Source: Planctomycetota bacterium (GTDB taxonomy: Bacteria > Planctomycetota > UBA8108). From it: DNA of 62,196 nt. This document shows, in pieces, positions 56,289 through 62,196 of the stretch (positions are counted from its first letter, which is position 1; every line of letters starts with the position of its first letter). The stretch lies in the NCBI GenBank assembly GCA_965659285.1, contig CBFHWB010000003.1, positions 1-62,196 of the forward strand. The letters run 5' to 3'. The notes under the pieces are model-generated. The model saw only the letters and a list, made by a program, of their open reading frames with translations, was not told the DNA's origin and did no database searches. The translations under genes were made by a program, and so were the position numbers.

Positions 56289-56619
56289 ACCGGTTGCCGG
56301 CTTGAATTGCGTTGCAGGGGAAAGCCGAGAATAGACCATCGCCCCGGTGAAGACAAGCGGCGCGCAACCTCGTCTCAGGGTCTGCGTTCAGACCGCCGGT
56401 CGTCATCGCGGCGTTCGGGTCCATCATCGGGTCGTCCTCTGCGGGGGAAGGGGAAGGCCGGCGCCGCGGTTAGGAGGCTGGGGACCAGTAGAAAGGCTTG
56501 AGATGGCCCTGGTGTTCATGTGGGAGTTCTCCTGGACGGGTTTTACGACCCGGGCTGTCTACTGACATGGCCTCAAGAGCCTGGCGGACTATTGTAAGCT
56601 CCGTGGCCTGGAGGAGGGC

Positions 56620-58308
56620 TCAATTCTTCGCGGGGAAGAACTTTTCGACAATCTCATCGTTCGGAGGCGGCGTCAGCAGCGTGACGATGACCATCACCGC
56701 TGTCGTGATGGTGACGATGAAGGCGACCGGCATCATTCCCAGGATCAGGAACTCGCCCTCGTGCACCGACAGGCTGAGGAGATAACCCGCGGTCTCGAGC
56801 ACCGCGAGGGTCAGGACCCCGGCGATCGCTCCCTGCTTGTTGCTGCGTTTCCAGTAAAGCGCGGCGAAGAGGATGGGGAAGAGGCCGGCGAAGCCGGTGA
56901 AACACCAGACCCCGAGGTCGAAGACCGACTGGGTATTGCTCAGGCCGATCAGGTAGCAGACGAGCACGATCGCCACGACGAATCCTCTTCCGAGCAGGAT
57001 CTTCTTTTCATCGCTGAGCCCGTCCTTGCCGAAATGGTGAGAGACGATGTCATTGGTGAAGAGGCTGCTGAGGCAGAGAAATTGCGAGTCCATGCTCGAC
57101 ATGATCGCGGCCAGGACACCCGCTCCGATGAGCCCGGCCAGCACCTCGCCCGAGTAGCGTGCGACCATCATTCCGAGCACCGCGTTTGGATTGGTTCCGT
57201 CCGGCAGGATACCGAAGGCCCACATCCCCAGCAGCACACAGGGCACCCAGGTGATGAGGATGCAGATCGGGTGGGCGACGACGGTGAGCTTGAAGTTGCT
57301 CGCTTTTTTGGCCGTGAGCCAGTGCTGGAAGAGGTGGGGGAACATGCCCACCGACAGCGGGATGAAGCAATAGGTGAGGAATTGCCATGTTCCGATCAGG
57401 CCCTCTCGCGCCATGACGGAGTTCTTGGCCTCGTTGGCCAGCAGCTTTTCAGATGCCGCCACCGGTCCGCCGAGCGCGTCCGTGATGACATAGAAGGCGA
57501 TCAATCCCATGACCATGAAGACCAGGGTCTGCATGGTGTTGGCCCAGGCGGTGGCCCGCATGCCTCCGAAGAAGACGTAGAAGAGGACCACCAGGCAGAC
57601 GATCGCCATGCCGGCCGGCTTGGGAACTGCTCCGCGAGGAGCCTTTTTCATCAGCTCGTTGACGGCCTTTTTCCACTCGGGCGCCTTGCTGAGGTTCATG
57701 AAGAGACCCTTGCGCTTGGGATGGAGCGATCCGCTGACGGACAGCTCACCGTTTTTGATGCTGACCCTGTCCTTCCAGTCCTCGGGAATCTTGAGGTCGG
57801 CGGGTGCCGCCGCCAGCGGCACGGTGGTCACGGCCGCGCTTTCGCTGAAGGTCTCCGGAGTGACGCCCTCGATGAAGCGTCCGGCTCCAATGACACCGAT
57901 CAGCAGGTAGAGAATGACGAAACACACCACCAGCGGGAAGAGCAGCAGCACGAGCCCATCGGACTGGTAGCGGTCGCGGAAGTAGCTCAACTGGGTGACA
58001 TAGCCGTGTTTCTTTCCCAGCGCCCAGACCTTGGCGCCGATGAGGAAGAAGATCGCGGCGTGGATGATGCCCGACCAGGAGGCCATGAGTCCGTAGACTC
58101 CGATTCCGAATTCAAAGGTCTTGCCGGTCGAGCCGATGAGGGCGAAGGCGGTCATCGTCGTACCGAAGACTGACATCAGCAGCATGAAGGGGCCGATGCC
58201 GCGGCTGGCGAGGAAGAAGTCGCCCGAGCTTTTCTTCAGCAGCCGTCCGGCGAAGATCCCCAGGAAGAGCAGCAGGGCGAGATAGCACAGGATGATCGTG
58301 AAGGACAT
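56620..58308 (-). CDS. sodium:solute symporter (SSS) family transporter with a large hydrophilic insertion
   Basis: Multi-TM SSS pattern. A ~90-aa polar loop (TPETFSESAAV...EWKKAVNELMKKAPRG) sits between helices. Confidence 0.85.
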   Translation of the reverse strand: MSFTIILCYLALLLFLGIFAGRLLKKSSGDFFLASRGIGPFMLLMSVFGTTMTAFALIGSTGKTFEFGIGVYGLMASWSGIIHAAIFFLIGAKVWALGKKHGYVTQLSYFRDRYQSDGLVLLLFPLVVCFVILYLLIGVIGAGRFIEGVTPETFSESAAVTTVPLAAAPADLKIPEDWKDRVSIKNGELSVSGSLHPKRKGLFMNLSKAPEWKKAVNELMKKAPRGAVPKPAGMAIVCLVVLFYVFFGGMRATAWANTMQTLVFMVMGLIAFYVITDALGGPVAASEKLLANEAKNSVMAREGLIGTWQFLTYCFIPLSVGMFPHLFQHWLTAKKASNFKLTVVAHPICILITWVPCVLLGMWAFGILPDGTNPNAVLGMMVARYSGEVLAGLIGAGVLAAIMSSMDSQFLCLSSLFTNDIVSHHFGKDGLSDEKKILLGRGFVVAIVLVCYLIGLSNTQSVFDLGVWCFTGFAGLFPILFAALYWKRSNKQGAIAGVLTLAVLETAGYLLSLSVHEGEFLILGMMPVAFIVTITTAVMVIVTLLTPPPNDEIVEKFFPAKN

Positions 58309-58634
58309 CAGCTGCCCTCCTCTTTCCCTGTTTCCGCTACGGCCTCTTCCGCCACCTCGTCGTCAAGGTGATCCGGCCAGCAGAACTTCACAGCCACCAG
58401 GCCGACGAGCCCGGCCGCCAGGGAGATCCCGGCGTGCCAGGCCAGGCCGATCGGCATGAAGCCGAAGACCAGGGGTTCCTTCGCCTCCCACCACCACCAG
58501 TCCTGGTGAAGGATGGCGAGCAGGAGGATCAGGCAAATAACCAGGATGCGCACGGTTGTCTCTCTCGAATCGGTTGCCGCTGATGAGTTGAACGAACTTT
58601 GAGTGATCATGCGAGAGTAGCCCCTGGCTGTCAA
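58308..58634 (-). CDS. DUF3311-like small membrane protein partnered with the SSS transporter
   Basis: Two TM helices around WWWWEAKEPLVFGFMPIGLAW. The stop overlaps the SSS start by 1 nt. The true start may be ATG 58610 or GTG 58553. Confidence 0.55.
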   Translation of the reverse strand: MTARGYSRMITQSSFNSSAATDSRETTVRILVICLILLLAILHQDWWWWEAKEPLVFGFMPIGLAWHAGISLAAGLVGLVAVKFCWPDHLDDEVAEEAVAETGKEEGS

Positions 58635-58725
58635 GCCGCGACAGGCTCGGACGGTCGGGGTGAATCACCTGCGAGGTCATGTTAAGATACGCCGCGGTCC
58701 ACGGGTTTCTCTTTGCGAGGTAAAT

Positions 58726-59709
58726 GTGAGCGAGCTGATTCGGCTGGAAAAATTGAAACGCCTGTATGGCGCTCACCTGGCCTTCGAGGCTGACGAGGTG
58801 GTTCTTCAGCCCGGGGTTGTCGGCCTGCTGGGGCCTAATGGCGCCGGCAAATCGACCCTGCTCAACATGCTGATGGGATTGCTGGCTCCGTCAGCGGGGA
58901 GGGCCTGGATGCTGGGCTTTGATACGGCGAAGGAATCCCGCCAGGCGAGGTCCCGGGTGGGTTATATGCCCGAGAATGACAGCTTTGTCGCCGGATTGTC
59001 GGTATTGCAGTTCGTGTCGCTCGCGGGCGAGCTCCATGGCCAGAAGCCCGTTGCCGCCCGCCGCCGCGCCCACGAGGTGCTCTCGCTGCTGGGACTGGAG
59101 GAGGCGCGCTACCGTCTCATCGAGGAGCAGCCGACCGGGATCCGCCAGCGCGCCAAGCTTGCCCAGGCGCTGATCAACAACCCCGACCTGGTCATCCTGG
59201 ATGAGCCGACCAACGGTCTCGACCCGGCCGGGCGCTCGGCGATGCTCGAGCTCATCTCGCGGCTGCACCGGGAGCAGGGGAAATCGATCCTGCTGTCGAG
59301 CCACCTGCTCGGCGATGTCGAGCGGGTCTGCGATTCGGTCGTCATTCTCGACCGGGGACGCGTCCTGGCCCATGGCGAGGTTTCGGAGCTCACCTCCTCC
59401 CGGGTCAACAGCTACCGGATCCAGGTGACCGGGTCGGTTGAGACCTGCGAAGCGGTTCTCAACGATCGCGGGGTCGAGTTGGAGGCTCTCCCGGCGAGGC
59501 CGGGCGCGCCGCCCCGGGATTTCATCGCCACCCTTCCCGGGGAGGCCGACACGAGGTTGCTCTTCGAGGCCTTTGCAGCGGTCGGTGAGGCTGAGCCCGC
59601 CTGCCTGCTCTCGGGGCTTCAGCCTCACGAAGAGAACCTGGAAACGATCTTTGAGCGCATCGTTGGCAGCGCTTCGCCTCCGCCGCTCCCGGGGGAGAAC
59701 CATGGCTGA
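58726..59709 (+). CDS. ABC transporter ATP-binding protein
   Basis: Walker A GPNGAGKST, a Q-loop, a signature-like sequence, and Walker B LVILDEPTNGLD. GTG 58726 is preceded by GAGG. The ORF-track start is 58660. Confidence 0.9.
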   Translation: MSELIRLEKLKRLYGAHLAFEADEVVLQPGVVGLLGPNGAGKSTLLNMLMGLLAPSAGRAWMLGFDTAKESRQARSRVGYMPENDSFVAGLSVLQFVSLAGELHGQKPVAARRRAHEVLSLLGLEEARYRLIEEQPTGIRQRAKLAQALINNPDLVILDEPTNGLDPAGRSAMLELISRLHREQGKSILLSSHLLGDVERVCDSVVILDRGRVLAHGEVSELTSSRVNSYRIQVTGSVETCEAVLNDRGVELEALPARPGAPPRDFIATLPGEADTRLLFEAFAAVGEAEPACLLSGLQPHEENLETIFERIVGSASPPPLPGENHG

Positions 59710-60646
59710 GGAACCAATGGAAATCGACGAGGTTGATCTGCTTCCGACTGCGATGGGGGCCACGGTTGTTGACCGCTGGACGCTCAGCTCGGCTCCTGAT
59801 GAGTTGCGAGCCCCGGCGCTGGCCTGGTGGCCTGTGGCTCGCATCGGCCTGGGACTCGTCGTCAAACGCAGGATCTTCAAGGTCTTTTTGGGCCTCGGCC
59901 TCATCAACTTCCTGTTCTACAGCGCCATGATTTATTTTCTCGCCGGGCTCTCCGCCCAGTTGAAGGGGCAGGGGCCGGTCGAGGAGTTTGCCAAGACCTT
60001 TATTTTTACCGGCACGGGTGAGGCTTTCAGGGACATTATCACGGGCCAGAATATCGTCGTCATGCTGCTGCTGGCGATCAGCGGTGCAGTGCTGGTGGGG
60101 AATGATTTTCGCTTCAGGTCGCTCACGTTTTACTTCTCCAAGCCGCTTGAGCGCTGGCAGTACTTTCTCGGCAAGCTGGTGGCGACCTCGTTGCTCGTGA
60201 GCATGCTGACCCTGCTGCCCTGCCTCGTGCTTTTTGTCGAGTACGGGCTCTTTGGCGACACCTTCGATTATTTTATCGAGTCCAGGCGCATACTCTTCGG
60301 GATCGTGGCCTACGGGCTGCTTGTCAGCGTCGGCATGTCGGTCCTGCTCCTGGGGGTGGCCGCACTCCTGCAGAAAACGATCTCGATCGTCATGGTCTGG
60401 GGGCTGATCTTCATCTTTCTGCCGATTGTCACGGAGGTCATTCACGGGGCAGCGAGGGGCTCTGATTACTGGAAACTGCTCGATTTCTGGTCCCTCCTGC
60501 AGTGGTGCTCTAATGCTTTCTTCGGTATCGAGTCCAGCCGCTTCAGCGCCGAGCCCTGGTCTCCCATCGCGGCTCTTGCAGCCTGGCTCGGCGCGGCACT
60601 CTGGGCCTTCTGGAGTAAGACCCGCGCGGTGGAGGTGGTCTCGTGA
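59702..60646 (+). CDS. ABC-2-type transporter membrane protein
   Basis: The ATG overlaps the upstream stop (ATGGCTGA). About 6 hydrophobic helices. No other family motif recognised. Confidence 0.7.
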   Translation: MAEEPMEIDEVDLLPTAMGATVVDRWTLSSAPDELRAPALAWWPVARIGLGLVVKRRIFKVFLGLGLINFLFYSAMIYFLAGLSAQLKGQGPVEEFAKTFIFTGTGEAFRDIITGQNIVVMLLLAISGAVLVGNDFRFRSLTFYFSKPLERWQYFLGKLVATSLLVSMLTLLPCLVLFVEYGLFGDTFDYFIESRRILFGIVAYGLLVSVGMSVLLLGVAALLQKTISIVMVWGLIFIFLPIVTEVIHGAARGSDYWKLLDFWSLLQWCSNAFFGIESSRFSAEPWSPIAALAAWLGAALWAFWSKTRAVEVVS

Positions 60647-61593
60647 ACCCGGTCTCGATTCGTGAGCTCGCCAAGTGGTACGGTGAGATTGCCGGTCTCA
60701 ACAAGGTAAACCTCGAGCTCCAGCCCGGGATTACCGGGCTTGTGGGACCCAACGGCGCCGGGAAATCGACGCTGATGAAGATTCTCACCGGCCAGCTGAG
60801 GCCATCCTATGGCGAGGCGCTTATTTTCGGTGAGGATGTCTGGAAGACGCCTTCAGCTCGCCGCCGCCTGGGCTACTCGCCCGAGGGGGACTCTTTTTAC
60901 GAAGACATGAGTGTCCTTGGGTTTGTTTACGCGATGGGCCGTCTCTGTGGTCTCGGGGCCAGCGCCGACGCCTTCGCGCGCGAAGCCCTCGAGAAGACCG
61001 GCGCGCTCGAATTCTCCGGCAAGCGTCTGAAGGCCTGCTCCAAGGGAATGCGGCAGCGCGCCAAGCTGGCCCAGGCGCTCGTTCACAAGCCCGACATCCT
61101 GGTGCTCGATGAGCCGCTGAACGGAATAGATGCCGGGGGGCGGCGCGAGATGTTGCGGCTTTTCGAGGAACTGGCCGCATCCGGAGCGACCGTCATCGTC
61201 TCGAGCCACATCCTCGAGGAGATCGAGACGGTAACGGACCAGATTCTCTTTCTTGCCCAGGGCAATGTGATCGCCTCGGGTCCGCTGGCCGAGGTTCGCG
61301 GCCTTCTCAAGGATCATCCGCTCAAGCTGCTTGTCACCTCCAGCGACCCGAGACGGCTCGGGGCGCGGCTGATCGAATCCGGCCTGGTCACCGGGATCGA
61401 TTTCCAGCGTCGCCGGGGACTCGAGGAAGAGGACCTGGTTCTCAGCGTTCCCCAGGTCGAGAGCTTCTACCGCGCGCTTCCAGGGCTGGTCTCAGAGCTT
61501 GGCATCGGCATCGAGCGGTTGGTTCCTCTCGATGCTTCGGCAGAGGCTGTCTTCGGCTACCTGGTTGGAGAAGAGATGGGAGGCGGCGCGTGA
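60643..61593 (+). CDS. ABC transporter ATP-binding protein (second)
   Basis: Walker A GPNGAGKST, signature-like CSKGMRQR, and Walker B ILVLDEPLNGID. GTGA overlap with the preceding gene. Confidence 0.9.
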   Translation: MNPVSIRELAKWYGEIAGLNKVNLELQPGITGLVGPNGAGKSTLMKILTGQLRPSYGEALIFGEDVWKTPSARRRLGYSPEGDSFYEDMSVLGFVYAMGRLCGLGASADAFAREALEKTGALEFSGKRLKACSKGMRQRAKLAQALVHKPDILVLDEPLNGIDAGGRREMLRLFEELAASGATVIVSSHILEEIETVTDQILFLAQGNVIASGPLAEVRGLLKDHPLKLLVTSSDPRRLGARLIESGLVTGIDFQRRRGLEEEDLVLSVPQVESFYRALPGLVSELGIGIERLVPLDASAEAVFGYLVGEEMGGGA

Positions 61594-62196
61594 ATTCCTG
61601 GCTCTACCTCGTCTTTTTCAGTCTTCGCCGACAGCTTCGCCCCCGCCGTCTCGTCGTCGCCCTCATCCTGTTCCTTGTGCTGGCCGTGCTGGTGGGTACG
61701 AGGGGATTGATCGATCCCTGGAAGATCAAGAGCTTCGGACGCTGGATCATCGAGCTGCCTTTCTGCCGGTTCTTTCTGCCGATTATCACCCTGACCCTGG
61801 GAACCGCGGTGATCGGGGATGATCGGGAGGACAAGACCCTGGTCTATCTCTCGATCCGGCCGCTGTCGCGCTGGAGCATCTACCTGGCGAAGCTGCTTGG
61901 GGCTCTTCCGCTGGCTCTTGGCATCTCGCTCGGCGCGGTCTTCGGGCTCTGCGCTGTCGCCTCGGCCTGCGGCGGCCTGCCGCTGCCGCTGTCGGAGGTC
62001 TTCTGGATGTTCCTGCCGACGATCGCCCTGGGTACTTTCGCCTACCTGGCCTTCTTCGGCTGGCTGGGCGCCGTCTTTCGCAACGCGACGCTGATCGGCG
62101 TAGCCCATGTGTTCCTGGTGGAGTTTTTTATGGGCCAGGTGCCGGGCGTGCTCAAGCGGATCTCCATCAGCTTCTATATCCGCTGCATGCTCTACG
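61590..62196 (+). CDS. ABC-2-type transporter permease, 3' end off-window (not in the supplied ORF track)
   Basis: Reading from GTG 61590 (GTGA overlap), the frame stays open to the window end. The translation VNSWLYLVFFSLRRQL...GDDREDKTLVYLSIRPLSRWSIYLAKLLG is typical of ABC-2 permeases. Confidence 0.7.
   Translation, partial: MNSWLYLVFFSLRRQLRPRRLVVALILFLVLAVLVGTRGLIDPWKIKSFGRWIIELPFCRFFLPIITLTLGTAVIGDDREDKTLVYLSIRPLSRWSIYLAKLLGALPLALGISLGAVFGLCAVASACGGLPLPLSEVFWMFLPTIALGTFAYLAFFGWLGAVFRNATLIGVAHVFLVEFFMGQVPGVLKRISISFYIRCMLY

Overview
GC-rich (roughly 60% by eye), densely coding chromosomal segment. The gene content points to the Planctomycetota/Verrucomicrobiota (PVC) group: PSCyt/DUF1549/DUF1553/DUF1501 genes, lamin-tail/CotH/dockerin-like secreted giants, a sulfatase, and H4MPT-cofactor genes. 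I call about 50 CDS, mostly housekeeping or periplasmic metabolism. I saw no rRNA, tRNA, CRISPR array, transposase or integrase. Recognisable modules are: (1) a translationally coupled DUF1501 / PPC-domain / DUF1549-DUF1553 / PSCyt-WD40 operon (1.8-10.9 kb); (2) a phnW-phnY-phnA 2-aminoethylphosphonate catabolic operon (14.1-17.9 kb); (3) metH, panB-panD with a divergent LysR regulator, and an EF-P-like factor; (4) a pabA - DUF447 - beta-RFAP synthase operon for methanopterin-type cofactor synthesis (54.1-56.3 kb); (5) a DUF3311 + sodium:solute symporter pair; (6) a four-gene ABC system with two ATPases and two permeases (58.7 kb to the window end). The most unusual signals are these. First, a secreted thioredoxin-fold gene is interrupted by a single in-frame TGA exactly at the redox-active position, with a hairpin just downstream (24137..25015). 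It is a candidate selenoprotein, with a nonsense pseudogene as the alternative. Second, a ~650 bp gene-free gap (13.45-14.10 kb) is full of GC-rich hairpins. It ends in a plus-strand intrinsic terminator and holds a 13-codon mini-ORF with a near-perfect SD that can pair with an anti-SD-like sequence. Third, two consecutive plus-strand terminator-like hairpins sit in the CotH/nitrilase divergent spacer. All family assignments come from motif recognition by eye. No searches were run.
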